NCBI GenBank assembly: GCA_963665325.3
Contig: OZ224045.1
Coordinates: 480,001-544,000 of the forward strand
DNA from: Alphaproteobacteria bacterium
GTDB taxonomy: Bacteria; Pseudomonadota; Alphaproteobacteria; Bin95
Direction: 5' to 3'
DNA: 64,000 nt
Part shown: positions 47,689 to 57,625 of the stretch, one piece after another
Numbering within the stretch: position 1 is the first letter of the stretch
Layout of the letters: every line of letters starts with the position of its first letter
Translations under genes and position numbers: made by a program
The notes under the pieces: model-generated
Told to the model about the DNA's origin: nothing
The model's database searches: none
Seen by the model: only the letters and a program-made list of their open reading frames with translations

Positions 47689-48030
47689 TCAGTCCCCGCG
47701 CATCGGGCGCTCATGTTCCTCGGCGACCCGCATCCAGGCGTACTCCCCGGAACGGGTATCCCAATCGAAGTTCTCCTCGCGGCCGTCCGGCAGCTCGTAA
47801 TCGCGGAAGGCGGACCAGTCGCGGTGGACGAAGCCGCGCCGCAGCGCCAGCGCCAGCGAGGCCGGCACGCTCCAGAGGACCGCCGCCAGCCAGAGCGGGC
47901 CGATGGCGTCCATGCCGATCCCGAGGATCGCCGCAATCAACGAGTACAGGGCCGCGACGGCGAACCCGCCGAGCACGAAGGCGCGCTCGCGCCGGGAATG
48001 CCGCTGCCGGTCCTTCGATGTACGCGTCAT
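47689..48030 (-). CDS. Small membrane protein convergent with traG, entry-exclusion candidate
   Basis: GGAGG RBS, two TM helices, acidic tail. Confidence 0.55.
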   Translation of the reverse strand: MTRTSKDRQRHSRRERAFVLGGFAVAALYSLIAAILGIGMDAIGPLWLAAVLWSVPASLALALRRGFVHRDWSAFRDYELPDGREENFDWDTRSGEYAWMRVAEEHERPMRGD

Positions 48031-48155
48031 GGTCATGGTCCTCCATCGTGCGGGCGAAGCCACAAGGCCGAGTGCCCGGCTCCGGGCTCCTCCGGCCTCA
48101 ATCTCTTCGCCCCGTCCCCCGCCGGCCTCCGGCTCCTTGCGGCGCGGCCCGCGCG

Positions 48156-50468
48156 ATGATCCGCGGCATCGGCGGCTCGACGCTCCGGGGCGGGCAGACC
48201 GTCTTCCACGGCATCCGCATGTGGGGCCAGCTGTTCCAGGCCGCGCTGCTGTTCGCCGCCTTCATGACGGTGGCCGTTCCGGCCTGGAACCTCTGGCGGT
48301 CGACCTCGGGCGCGGAATGGTACGCCGCCGGCATGGTAACGCTCGCCGAGACCAAGCTCGCGCTCGGCTACGAGCCGGACTCGGGCCAGGAAATCCGCTT
48401 CCCCGACGGCACCGTGCGCGTGCTCGCGATAAGCGATATCGCCGTTTCCGTTCCCGCCCTGGAGGCGCGCGAGCGGATCAGGGCGGAGACGTTCGCGAGC
48501 GCCTGGCTCGGCCTCCAGACCGGCGGCGGGCTGATCGCGCTCTTCCTCGCGGTCTTCTGGTATCGCGGCGTCCAGCTCGGGAGGCAGAGGCGGATCAGGG
48601 GTGCGGAACTCGTGACCGGGGCCGAACTGCATCGCCGGGTGCGGCCGCCCCATCTGCGCCTGCTCGACCGCGCGCCGGGCGGGAAGAGGCTCCGGCCCTG
48701 GCGCATTGCCGGCATCCCGTATCCGGAGCGCACCGAAACCCAGCACACGATCGTCTCCGGCACCACGGGCTCGGGCAAGACGGTGCTGATCTCCGACCTG
48801 GTGGCCCAGATCCGTGCCCGCGGCGAGCGCTGCGTGATCTACGACAAGATGGGCAGCTACACCGCGACCTTCCTCGATCCGGCCCGCGACGTGCTGATGA
48901 ACCCGCTCGATGCCAGGGCGCCCCGCTGGTCGCCCTTCCTCGAAGCCAGGAACCCCCGCGACTTCGACATGATGGCCGCGGCGCTGATCCCGCAGCAGAA
49001 GGACACCGTCGATCCCTTCTGGGTGACGGCGGCACGCCAGCTCTTCGCCAACGGCGCGGGCGTGCTGCGCGAGAAGGGCGTCACCGAAAACCGCGTCCTG
49101 GTCGAGCATCTGCTGAAGACCGACCTGACGGCGCTCGCCCAGGCGATGGAGGGCACGGTCGCGCAGTCGATCGTCGATCCCGAGAACCCGAAGACCGCGC
49201 TCTCGGTGCGCGCCATGCTGACCGCCAACCTCGCCGCCTTCGAGTTCCTGCCCGACGAGGGCAGGCCGTTCTCGATCCGGGAGTGGATCTCCCGGGAGCA
49301 ACAGGACGGGTTCCTGTTCCTGACCTCGCGCGGCGACCAGCACGCGTCCTTGCGCGGCCTGATCTCGACCTGGCTGGAGATCGCGGTCAACGCCATGCTG
49401 TCGCTCGCCCAGGACGACGGCAGGCGCATCTGGGTGATCCTCGACGAGCTGCCGACGCTCCACCAGGTGCCGTCCTTGCAGCCCGGCCTGGCCGAGTCCC
49501 GCCAGTTCGGGGGCTGCTTCGTGCTGGGGGTGCAGGTCGCCTCGGCGCTCCGCGACCTCTACGGGCGCAACGGCGCCGAGACCATCTCGGGGCTCTGCGG
49601 CACGCGGGTGGTGCTGGCGGCGCCCGACCGGGACACCGCGCAGTGGTCGGCCGACAGCCTCGGGCGCAGCGAGGTCGAGGAGGTCGCCGAGGGCTACTCC
49701 TACGGCGCCAACACCATCCGCGACGGGGTGAGCCTGACGCCGCGCCGCGAATTGCGGGCGCTGGCGCTGCCGTCCGAGATCATGCGGCTGCCCAATCTGG
49801 AGGGCTATCTCAAGTTCCCCGGCCCCTTCCCGGTCGCCTCCATCAAGCTGATTTACGTCGCCCGGCCTGCCGCCGCCGAGCGGTTCGTGCCGCGCAGGGA
49901 CGGCGCGGACCCGCCGTCGGCATCTCGCGACACGGATAAACCCGACGATCCCGCCACGGTGTCCGGGTCCGGCGGCGCGGAAACCGATCGGCCGGGCCAG
50001 CCGGAGCTGTTCCCGGAGCTGGACGACCTCTGCGCCGGCGGCGGGTCGAAGACTGGCGGAAAGGCCGGACGGAAACCGGCGCCCCGGAAGAAGAGCGCCG
50101 AACCCGTCCCGCCGGACATGCCGCCGGAGCCGGCGCCCCTTCCGGACGAACCGAACCTTCTTCCCCCTCCCGGCGCCGAACCGGAGACGGCAAACGGCGG
50201 CGCGGCGGGGGAAGGCGGCGATGCCGACAGCCTCCGCGTCGAGGAGCCCGACGCTCGACCGGGCGACCGTTTCCCGAAATCGGCATTGAATCGGAACGAA
50301 ACCGCCGGACGTGGCGAAGCGCCGGCAGCCGATGCCCGGAGCGCTTCGGAACCGAAAGGCGATGAAGTGGCAGACCCCGCGGCGAAGACCGGGGCCGGCT
50401 CGCCGGACAAGGCCGGTGAAGACGCACCGCCGCCGGAGGAAGGCCCCGCAAGGCCCGGGTGGTACTGA
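48156..50468 (+). CDS. traD: Type IV coupling protein TraD
   Basis: TLRGGQ, GTTGSGKT, IYDKMG, NPLDAR, ILDELPTL, ESRQFGGC; long Pro/acidic tail. Confidence 0.95.
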   Translation: MIRGIGGSTLRGGQTVFHGIRMWGQLFQAALLFAAFMTVAVPAWNLWRSTSGAEWYAAGMVTLAETKLALGYEPDSGQEIRFPDGTVRVLAISDIAVSVPALEARERIRAETFASAWLGLQTGGGLIALFLAVFWYRGVQLGRQRRIRGAELVTGAELHRRVRPPHLRLLDRAPGGKRLRPWRIAGIPYPERTETQHTIVSGTTGSGKTVLISDLVAQIRARGERCVIYDKMGSYTATFLDPARDVLMNPLDARAPRWSPFLEARNPRDFDMMAAALIPQQKDTVDPFWVTAARQLFANGAGVLREKGVTENRVLVEHLLKTDLTALAQAMEGTVAQSIVDPENPKTALSVRAMLTANLAAFEFLPDEGRPFSIREWISREQQDGFLFLTSRGDQHASLRGLISTWLEIAVNAMLSLAQDDGRRIWVILDELPTLHQVPSLQPGLAESRQFGGCFVLGVQVASALRDLYGRNGAETISGLCGTRVVLAAPDRDTAQWSADSLGRSEVEEVAEGYSYGANTIRDGVSLTPRRELRALALPSEIMRLPNLEGYLKFPGPFPVASIKLIYVARPAAAERFVPRRDGADPPSASRDTDKPDDPATVSGSGGAETDRPGQPELFPELDDLCAGGGSKTGGKAGRKPAPRKKSAEPVPPDMPPEPAPLPDEPNLLPPPGAEPETANGGAAGEGGDADSLRVEEPDARPGDRFPKSALNRNETAGRGEAPAADARSASEPKGDEVADPAAKTGAGSPDKAGEDAPPPEEGPARPGWY

Positions 50469-50471
50469 CCC

Positions 50472-53400
50472 GTGCTGTCGATCGGCGCATTGGCCTCGGC
50501 GTCGCAGGGCGCGTCCTATTACGAGCGCGACGGCTACTATGCCAGGGACGATCCCGAGCACCGCGAGGCGAGCGCCTGGGCCGGTAAAGGCGCGGAAGAG
50601 CTCGGGCTGACGGGGCCGGTCGATGCCGACACCTTCCGCGCGGTCCTCGAAGGCAGGGTGCCGGACGGCTCGGGCCGGCAGCTCGGCCGGCGCGGCAGGG
50701 ACGGCGAGATCCTGCACCGGCCCGGCCGCGACCTCACCTTCAGCGCGCCCAAGTCGGTTTCCATCGCGGCACTGGTCGGCGGCGACGACCGCATCGTGGA
50801 TGCGCATGACCGCGCCGTCCAGGAGACGCTCGCCTGGGTCGAGAAGAACGCCGCCGAAACGAGGATGAAGGGTCCGGAAACGGGGAAGATGGCGCGTGTC
50901 GGTGGACAGAAGATCGTCGCGGCTGTCTTCAGGCACGATACCAGCCGCAATCTCGACCCCCAGATCCACACCCATGCGGTGCTGGCCAACATGGTCCGGG
51001 GCGCGGATGGCAAGTGGCGCTCGATGGCAAACGAGGGCCTCTATGAGAAGCAGAAGCTGATCGGCATGCTCTACCGCAACGAACTCGCCGCCGGTCTGGC
51101 GAGGCTCGGCTACGGCATCGAGAAGACCCATGCCGACGGCCGCTTCGAGATCGCGGGTATCCCGCGCGAAGCCATTGAGACCTTCTCGACCCGGCGCGCG
51201 GAGATCGAGGCGGCGATGGAAGCGCGCGGTCTCGGCAGTTCCGCCGATAATCCGCGCATGGCCGAGCGCGCGGCGCTGATGACCCGGGCCGCGAAGCGCG
51301 ACATCGACCGCGGGGAACTGCGCGGTGTCTGGACGAAACAGGCCGCCGATCTCGGCCTCGATGCCCGCGCACTGGTTGCGGAGGCCGTAGAGAAGTCGGC
51401 TGCGCCGACACTGGAAGGGAGGGATCGAGCCCGGCAACATGATGTCGGCGGCAGGCCGCAGTCGGCCGTCTCGATCGAGACACCCGATACGATCCCGCAG
51501 GCGGAGCTGCCGCTCGACGGGCCGGACCGGACGGCTGGGCCCGACGAAGCCGCGCCGCCGTCGCCCGCGGCGGAGGCCGTCGCCTGGGCGCTGGCGCATC
51601 TTTCGGAGCGCGCGGCGGTGTTCCCGCGCAGCGATCTCTTCGCCGCCGCGCTTGCCCATGCGCCGGGCGCGATCACGATCTCCGGGGCCGAGCGCGAGGT
51701 CGCCGCCCTGGAGAAGGCCGGCGCGCTGCATGCCGTCAATATCCCCGGGGCGGAGGACTCGCTCGCCACCGAGCGCACCGTGGCCGAGGAGCGCGAGACG
51801 GTGGCGTCGATGCAGGCCGGCCAGGGCCGCGGCCGGGCGGTCATGCGCGGCTGGCAGGTGCAGGGCCGCCTCAGCCGGGGCCCCCTCACGGCCGGGCAGA
51901 AGGACGCCGTCAAGCTGATCCTGTCGGCGAAGGACCGCACGGTGGGCGTCCAGGGCTATGCCGGCACGGGCAAGACCACCATGCTGAACCGGGCGCGCAC
52001 GCTGGCCGAGAAGAAGGGCTGGCGCATGACGGGGCTCGCGCCCTCGGCCTCGGCTGCGCAGACGCTGGCAACCGAAGCCGGCATTGACACCGAGACCCTG
52101 CAGCGCTTCCTCGCCCGCAATGCCGGCGTGGCGGAGGGCAGGCTCACGAAGAAGGGCGCCAGGGAAATGCGCGCGGCCTTCGCGAAGACGATCCTGGTGG
52201 TCGACGAGGGCTCGCTGGCCTCCACCGTGCAGGCAAGGGACCTGCTCAGGATCGCCAACGAATTGCGCATTCCCCGCGTGGTGCTGGTGGGCGACGCCAG
52301 GCAGCTCGACGCGGTGGACGCCGGCAAGCCCTTCGCCCAGCTCCAGGCCGCCGGCATGAAGACCGCGGTGATGGACGAGATCATGCGCCAGCGCGATCCC
52401 GCCCTGAAGGAAGCGGTCGAGGCGAGCCTCGCGGGCGAGATCGGCAGGGCGTTCGAGAGGCTCGGAGGTAATGTCGCCGAGGTGAAGCCGGACAATATCG
52501 CGGGCGCGGTCGCCGCAAGATGGCTCCGGCTCTCGCAGGACGAGCGCGACAACACCGGCGTGATGGCGCCCTCCCATGAGCTGCGCCAGCAGATCAACGG
52601 GCATATCCGGGAACGCCTGGCCCGGGAAGGCCGCATCCACGGGCCGACGATGGAGTCCGAGCGGCTGGTGTCGAAGGGCTATACCGGTGCGGAGAAGGCG
52701 CTTGCCGACAACTATGCGCCGGGCGACGTGGTTGCGTTCCACCGGCCCTACAGGCGGATCGGCGTCGAGAAGGGCGACGAGCGCCGGGTGATCGGCGTCG
52801 ATTACAAGTCCCGCGCGGTGCTGCTCGACGACGGCAGGGGCGGGTCCGTCGCCTGGAAGCCGCAACAGATCGGCGGGCGAAGGGGCGGCAGCGAGGTCTA
52901 CAGGGTCGAGGAGATCGAACTCCGCGCCGGCGACCGCATCCGCTGGACCCGCAACGATGCCGGGCTCGGGCTGGTCAACAGCCGCACCGCCGAGGTGCTC
53001 AAGGTCGCGAACGGGCGGGTGACCTTCCGCCTGGAGGGCGGCAAGACGCTCGAACTCGGGGTGAACGACCCGCAACTGCGCCATCTCGACCACGCCTGGG
53101 CGGCGACCGTGCACGCCTTCCAGGGCCGCACGGTGGACAGGGTCATCGCCGCCATGGAGGCGAGGCACAAGCACCTCACCACGCAGAAGAGCTTCTATGT
53201 CGAGATCAGCCGCGCGCGGGACCGCGCCGAGCTGGTGACCGACGACGCGAAGGATCTCCGGGCCCAGCTCGAATCCGTCACCGGCGAGCGCATCGCGGCG
53301 CTCGAAGCCATCGGCGAAATGGCGCGCGAGGAGCCGGCCAGGGCGCCCGGGACCGCCCCGACGGACGGTCCGCGGCGCGAACGGCAACCGGGAAGCAGCG

Positions 53401-53594
53401 CCGGCAGGGAAAAAGACCGGTCCGCGAAGGCCGCGAAGGACCGGGAAAGGGCCGCGCCGGAGGGCCGGTCGCGGCCGCAACGCGGCGCCGGGGACGGCAT
53501 CGGAAAGAGCCGGCAGGCGGAAAAATCGCCCGCGAAGACGCCGGATCCGCCCTCGCGCGGGCGCGGCAAGGGCGGCATGGACCTCGGCTTGTAG
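50472..53594 (+). CDS. traI: MOBF (TrwC/TraI) relaxase-helicase
   Basis: YYERDGYY, DLTFSAPKSVS, HDTSRNLDPQIHTH, FSTRR, GYAGTGKTT, VDEGSL, FQGRTVD, YVEISRAR. Confidence 0.95.
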   Translation: MLSIGALASASQGASYYERDGYYARDDPEHREASAWAGKGAEELGLTGPVDADTFRAVLEGRVPDGSGRQLGRRGRDGEILHRPGRDLTFSAPKSVSIAALVGGDDRIVDAHDRAVQETLAWVEKNAAETRMKGPETGKMARVGGQKIVAAVFRHDTSRNLDPQIHTHAVLANMVRGADGKWRSMANEGLYEKQKLIGMLYRNELAAGLARLGYGIEKTHADGRFEIAGIPREAIETFSTRRAEIEAAMEARGLGSSADNPRMAERAALMTRAAKRDIDRGELRGVWTKQAADLGLDARALVAEAVEKSAAPTLEGRDRARQHDVGGRPQSAVSIETPDTIPQAELPLDGPDRTAGPDEAAPPSPAAEAVAWALAHLSERAAVFPRSDLFAAALAHAPGAITISGAEREVAALEKAGALHAVNIPGAEDSLATERTVAEERETVASMQAGQGRGRAVMRGWQVQGRLSRGPLTAGQKDAVKLILSAKDRTVGVQGYAGTGKTTMLNRARTLAEKKGWRMTGLAPSASAAQTLATEAGIDTETLQRFLARNAGVAEGRLTKKGAREMRAAFAKTILVVDEGSLASTVQARDLLRIANELRIPRVVLVGDARQLDAVDAGKPFAQLQAAGMKTAVMDEIMRQRDPALKEAVEASLAGEIGRAFERLGGNVAEVKPDNIAGAVAARWLRLSQDERDNTGVMAPSHELRQQINGHIRERLAREGRIHGPTMESERLVSKGYTGAEKALADNYAPGDVVAFHRPYRRIGVEKGDERRVIGVDYKSRAVLLDDGRGGSVAWKPQQIGGRRGGSEVYRVEEIELRAGDRIRWTRNDAGLGLVNSRTAEVLKVANGRVTFRLEGGKTLELGVNDPQLRHLDHAWAATVHAFQGRTVDRVIAAMEARHKHLTTQKSFYVEISRARDRAELVTDDAKDLRAQLESVTGERIAALEAIGEMAREEPARAPGTAPTDGPRRERQPGSSAGREKDRSAKAAKDRERAAPEGRSRPQRGAGDGIGKSRQAEKSPAKTPDPPSRGRGKGGMDLGL

Positions 53595-53654
53595 CCCAAC
53601 CGGCGCTGCTGCCGGCGCGTGCGAAGACGAAATGGATGAAGGAGAACGGATAGG

Positions 53655-54071
53655 ATGGACGGCCAACACCGTGAAACGAAACCGGCCGAGGCCGGGAAAG
53701 CCGAGAGGCGCAGTCCGCATTCGATCCGTTTCCTCGACGGGGAATGGGACCGGATCGAGGCCCATGCCGATGCGCGCGGCCTCACCGGCCCCGAGTTCGT
53801 GCGCTTCGCCACCCTTGAAGCGATGGCCGGCGGGGGAACGGCGGGCCGTCGCCTGGCTCCGCTGATCGAGACGACCTTCCGCGCGGCGCATATCATGGTC
53901 ACGAAAATGCGCGCCGAGATGCTCGGCGAAGGCCGCGAGGAGGAGCTCGACGAGCTGGTCGAGGGCGCCCGGGAGTATCAGGACAGGCTGCTGGAACGGG
54001 AACCCGGCGAGCGAAGCGGCGGCGTCCACGAGTCTGCCGACCCGGGGCGTGCGGGCGCTAATGGATGCTGA
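53655..54071 (+). CDS. Ribbon-helix-helix protein, likely relaxosome accessory
   Basis: HSIRFLDGEWDRIEAHADARGLTGPEFVRFATL. Confidence 0.65.
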   Translation: MDGQHRETKPAEAGKAERRSPHSIRFLDGEWDRIEAHADARGLTGPEFVRFATLEAMAGGGTAGRRLAPLIETTFRAAHIMVTKMRAEMLGEGREEELDELVEGAREYQDRLLEREPGERSGGVHESADPGRAGANGC

Positions 54072-54810
54072 ACGGGAAGTACCTCGCGTTGATCGTCTCG
54101 TAGGTGCCGTCGGCGAGGATCGCCCGAAGAGCCCGGTTCAGGCGCTGGCGCAGCGCTTCGTCCTCCTTGCGCAGGGCGATGCCGATGCCCTCGTCCAGAC
54201 GGTAGCCATCGCCCACATAGGCGAAGCCGGCGCCCTCGGGACTCCGCAGCCAGTTCCAGAAGCCGAGACCGTCGCCGAACACCGCGTCGAGGCGCCCCTC
54301 CGCCAGCGCCCGGAGCGGCGCACCCAGCTCCGTGAACAGCCTGATGTCGGCAACGCCGGACATGTTGGCCTCCAGCCAGTCCGACGAGATCGTCGCCCGG
54401 GTCGCGCCGATGGTCCGGCCCGCCGGCGCTGCCGGATCGAAACCGGAGCCCTTCCGGGCCACGAAGCGGACGACGTTGCTGTAGTACCGATCCGTGAAGG
54501 CGACCAGACGCCGGCGTTTCTCGGTGATCGACATGCTGGAGACGATGGCGTCGAACTCGCCGGCCCTGAGCGCCGGGATCAGCCCTTCCCAGTCCTGGCG
54601 GACGAACGCGCACCCGGTCTTCATCTGCACACAGAGCGCGAGCGCGATGTCGATGTCGAAGCCGATGAGCCGGCCGGCGTCGTCGATGCCGCTGAACGGC
54701 GGATAGGCGGGATCGACGCCGATGCGGAGTTTATCCCGGGCCGCCTCGTCCCCGAACGCGGGCGCGCCGGCCAGCAGACCGAGGATCAGCGCCGCGAACC
54801 ACCTTCTCAT
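54058..54810 (-). CDS. Polar amino-acid ABC substrate-binding protein (HisJ/ArgT family), orphan
   Basis: Signal peptide, YPPFS, GFDIDIA, DWEGLIPAL, SSMSITEKR, GIGIALRK, DGTYETINARYF. Confidence 0.9.
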   Translation of the reverse strand: MRRWFAALILGLLAGAPAFGDEAARDKLRIGVDPAYPPFSGIDDAGRLIGFDIDIALALCVQMKTGCAFVRQDWEGLIPALRAGEFDAIVSSMSITEKRRRLVAFTDRYYSNVVRFVARKGSGFDPAAPAGRTIGATRATISSDWLEANMSGVADIRLFTELGAPLRALAEGRLDAVFGDGLGFWNWLRSPEGAGFAYVGDGYRLDEGIGIALRKEDEALRQRLNRALRAILADGTYETINARYFPFSIH

Positions 54811-55036
54811 GGCAATCTCCGGGGCCAGGGTGTCCCTGCCGCGCAACCTTACGCCGCCGGCGCCGCCAACTGTCAACGGCAAACGACCGTCCGGCACTTC
54901 GGGTGCGGGGGTGCGCTCCGGTGCCCGGCGCCGGGGTGCCGGGCCCGGCGGCGTTGCGGCTTGCGGCCGAACCGGCGCCCCGGCGGGAGAGGAACAGCGT
55001 CAGGCACGGCTGCGGCAAGGGGCTGAAACGGGACGG

Positions 55037-55220
55037 TTCTCGAGAGAATTTCGGGGCCTCGGGCACGGTTCTCGAGAGAATTTCTGGCCGAATTCGACGC
55101 TTCTCTGGAGAACCGTCCCGGTCGGACGAAGGTTCTCCAGAGAACCGCCGGGGAAAAGTACCAGCGATTCCAGCGGCTTGGTCACGGTTCTCCAGAGAAC
55201 CCGCGCGGTTCTCCGGAGAA
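55037..55220. repeat. Array of six TTCTC-NN-GAGAA palindromes (oriT accessory-protein sites?)
   Basis: Starts at 55037, 55069, 55101, 55133, 55188 and 55209 (spacings 32, 32, 32, 55, 21). Confidence 0.85.
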
Positions 55221-55323
55221 GCGTCTCCGTCAAACAAGAATCAGGCGTTAGAAGGCGCCCCAAATCCCCCCAAGTCGTTGAAAAGGCGGGCTCTGCGCGC
55301 GCATGCGCCACGGGCATCATCGA

Positions 55324-55336
55324 TGCGTGGGGTGTG
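55324..55336 (+). other. Putative oriT nic site TGCGTGGGGTGT^G
   Basis: Matches the F-plasmid nic core TGCGTGGGGTGT^G; near a MOBF relaxase, at the boundary of the leading region. Confidence 0.75.
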
Positions 55337-55835
55337 AGACCCAAGGCCGCCCCGGGCGGTCGGGACGGCCTGATCTGCGGCATTCACGATGGGGAAATCG
55401 ACGCCGGGGAACCCGGCGGAAGGGAGCCACCGCGGCGCTTGAGCGGCGGGGCGTTCCGACACTGCTGAGCGACGAAGTGTCGAGCGCGGTGACGGCGGGT
55501 CCGGCGCGAGCGCATCACCGTCACCGGCGGAAGTGCCGGGCGCTCTGCGGGCGGCGGTGCGCGCCGATCGCGACAGCGGGCGCGCACAAGTGCGTCGACA
55601 GGCGATCGAGCCAATGACCGGCCCTGCCGACGGCGGCGACGGCAGTGGTGCGAAGCACCCTGCCGGGGATGCCGATCATGACGATTGCCATGATGATCGT
55701 CGCAACGACCGTCGGCGATGGCGAGCGCGGCGCGAAGCGCGCGCGAGGATCGCGTTGCCGCATCGCCGATGTGCGAAAGAAGAAACGGGCCGCGCCACCG
55801 CCGGAGCGATGACGCGGCCCGCGAGGCGTTGCGGA

Positions 55836-56762
55836 TCAGGCGGCGCAGCGGACCACGGGGATGCCGAGCTGCCGCGCCTTGTCGACGAGGTTGTCGGTGA
55901 TGCCGGAGCCGGGGAACGCGATCACGCCCTTCGGCAGCAGGTTGAGCAGCTCGTCGTTGCGGCGGAACGGGGCGGCTCGTCCGTGGCGGTCCCAGTCCGG
56001 CTTGCAGACGATCTGGTGGACGCCGTTGCGCTCGGCCCAGCTGGCCGCGATCTTCTCCACGCCGGGACCGCCGCCATGCACGAGCACCATGTCGGCGTAT
56101 TTCTCGCGGGCCTTGTCGAGGCGCTCGATGACGGCTGCCGGGTTGGCGATGTCCTTGCCGCCGGCGATGGCGACGAGGGTGCCCTGCGGCAGGTGCGCCA
56201 TGGTCTTCCGGTCCTTCCTCGCGCGCTGGTAGTCGCGGGCGTCGATGGCTGCGGAGGTCAGCTTGCCGGTCTGGCTCGCATGCGATCCGCGCCGGGGCCG
56301 CCACATGCCTCCGGTCTCGCTGCGGTAGGCTTCGGCGGCCTCGTCGCGCATCCGCTCGAAGGCGTCGCGGCGGTCGGTGAGGCACTGCGCCCGGTGGGTG
56401 GTCATCTCCAGCTCCAGCGACCTGATCTCGGTGCCGTCCTGGCTGCGCTGGAGGTCGCGGAGTTCCGGCATCAGCTTGTCGGCGGCGCGGTCGAGGCGGT
56501 TCGTCTGGCTGTCGAGCATGTTGACGAAGCCCCAGAGCAGGCTCTCGCGCTCGTCGGCGATCTGGAACCCGTCCGGCGCGACGCCCTGGGCCATGATGCG
56601 GAAGGCTTCGGCGACGGCGGTCAGCGCCTCGTCCTCGTCCCACACCTCGCGGGGGTCGAACTCATCGCGCTCGGGGGTCGCGCCGAAGAGCTGCGCCTGT
56701 TCACAGACGGTCGCGGTAACGGAGTGCGCGGCGGTCTCGATGGTGTCGATATCGAAAGTCAT
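55836..56762 (-). CDS. DUF2493 / YspA-SLOG domain protein
   Basis: VAIAGGKD, VLVHGGGPGVEKIAASWA, PDWDRHGRAAPFRRND, FPGSGIT. Confidence 0.85.
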   Translation of the reverse strand: MTFDIDTIETAAHSVTATVCEQAQLFGATPERDEFDPREVWDEDEALTAVAEAFRIMAQGVAPDGFQIADERESLLWGFVNMLDSQTNRLDRAADKLMPELRDLQRSQDGTEIRSLELEMTTHRAQCLTDRRDAFERMRDEAAEAYRSETGGMWRPRRGSHASQTGKLTSAAIDARDYQRARKDRKTMAHLPQGTLVAIAGGKDIANPAAVIERLDKAREKYADMVLVHGGGPGVEKIAASWAERNGVHQIVCKPDWDRHGRAAPFRRNDELLNLLPKGVIAFPGSGITDNLVDKARQLGIPVVRCAA

Positions 56763-57273
56763 GTCGATCTCCTTGTCGATCGGTTTCACGTCCGGGGCCG
56801 ATCCCCGATGTGATGTCCTGTTGGGTCACGCGCGCGGACCGCAGCCACGCGGGATTGGTGGAGCTTGGCGTCGGGGCGGGGCGATGGTGCGGGCGCAGGG
56901 CCTTATTGGAGCTTGGGCCTGAGGGACGAAGGCCCTAGCGGAGATTAGGCCCGAGCCACGGTCGCCCCGGCCCGATGCCTAGCGGAGCCTTCCCGCGCCG
57001 GAGCGCAGCGGAGGACCCCGGAGGGGTTGGCGGAGGGAGCACGTGTGGCACAATGGGAGATCACGTCGGTTGGCCAATTCTCTCCCCCTGCACGGCCCCC
57101 TTCGGCGGTTCGGCCGGGCACGGTGTCTGCCGGTGAAGCGCAACGCCGCGCCGCTGACCCGCGATAGGGATAGGAGCGGTATCGGAGGGAGCTTGCGACC
57201 GGAGATATGAGCGGATAGCCCGGGCCGAAGGCATCGCCCAATTCCACATTTGCAAAAGGAACGGAGCTACGCA

Positions 57274-57609
57274 TCACGTACCCGCCCGTTCCGCCAGCAC
57301 TTCGGAGGCCCATGCCGCGGCCCGCGCCAGCACATCGCCATGACAGGGCAGCGGCTCGCACCAGCAGGCCAGCCAGCACCCGTCCAGCTCCGCGAGATCT
57401 TTCAGCGAAACTTCACCCGCCTGGATGCGGCGCCAGAGATCCGCGCGGTATCGCGCAATTACTTCTTCGCGCGATCCGTCGACTCCCAGCTTGAACGGGT
57501 TCCCCCATTTCGTGCGGCGGTCGATCAGCACGGTGCTGTTCACGACCTGCGCATATTCGAACTCCTCGCGCAGCCGGGGCTCGTGCTTCAGGTTGACGAT
57601 TGCGCGCAT
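57274..57609 (-). CDS. DUF4326 family protein
   Basis: IDRRTKWGNPF, LDGCWLACWCEPLPCHGDVL. Confidence 0.88.
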   Translation of the reverse strand: MRAIVNLKHEPRLREEFEYAQVVNSTVLIDRRTKWGNPFKLGVDGSREEVIARYRADLWRRIQAGEVSLKDLAELDGCWLACWCEPLPCHGDVLARAAAWASEVLAERAGT

Positions 57610-57625
57610 AGACTCCCTCCATTCT

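Noticed and set aside
48033-54029. Very long antisense ORFs (also 1938-5087, 19888-23121, 34311-36914, 40853-44602)
   Set aside because: Shadow frames of real high-GC genes, with no motifs of their own.
55037-55220. CRISPR mini-array
   Set aside because: The 12-bp core and 32-bp period are too short, later spacing is irregular, there are no cas genes, and it is adjacent to nic.
56945-57379. 144-aa ORF upstream of DUF2493
   Set aside because: Overlaps DUF4326 and has no RBS or recognisable motif. The region is more likely regulatory.
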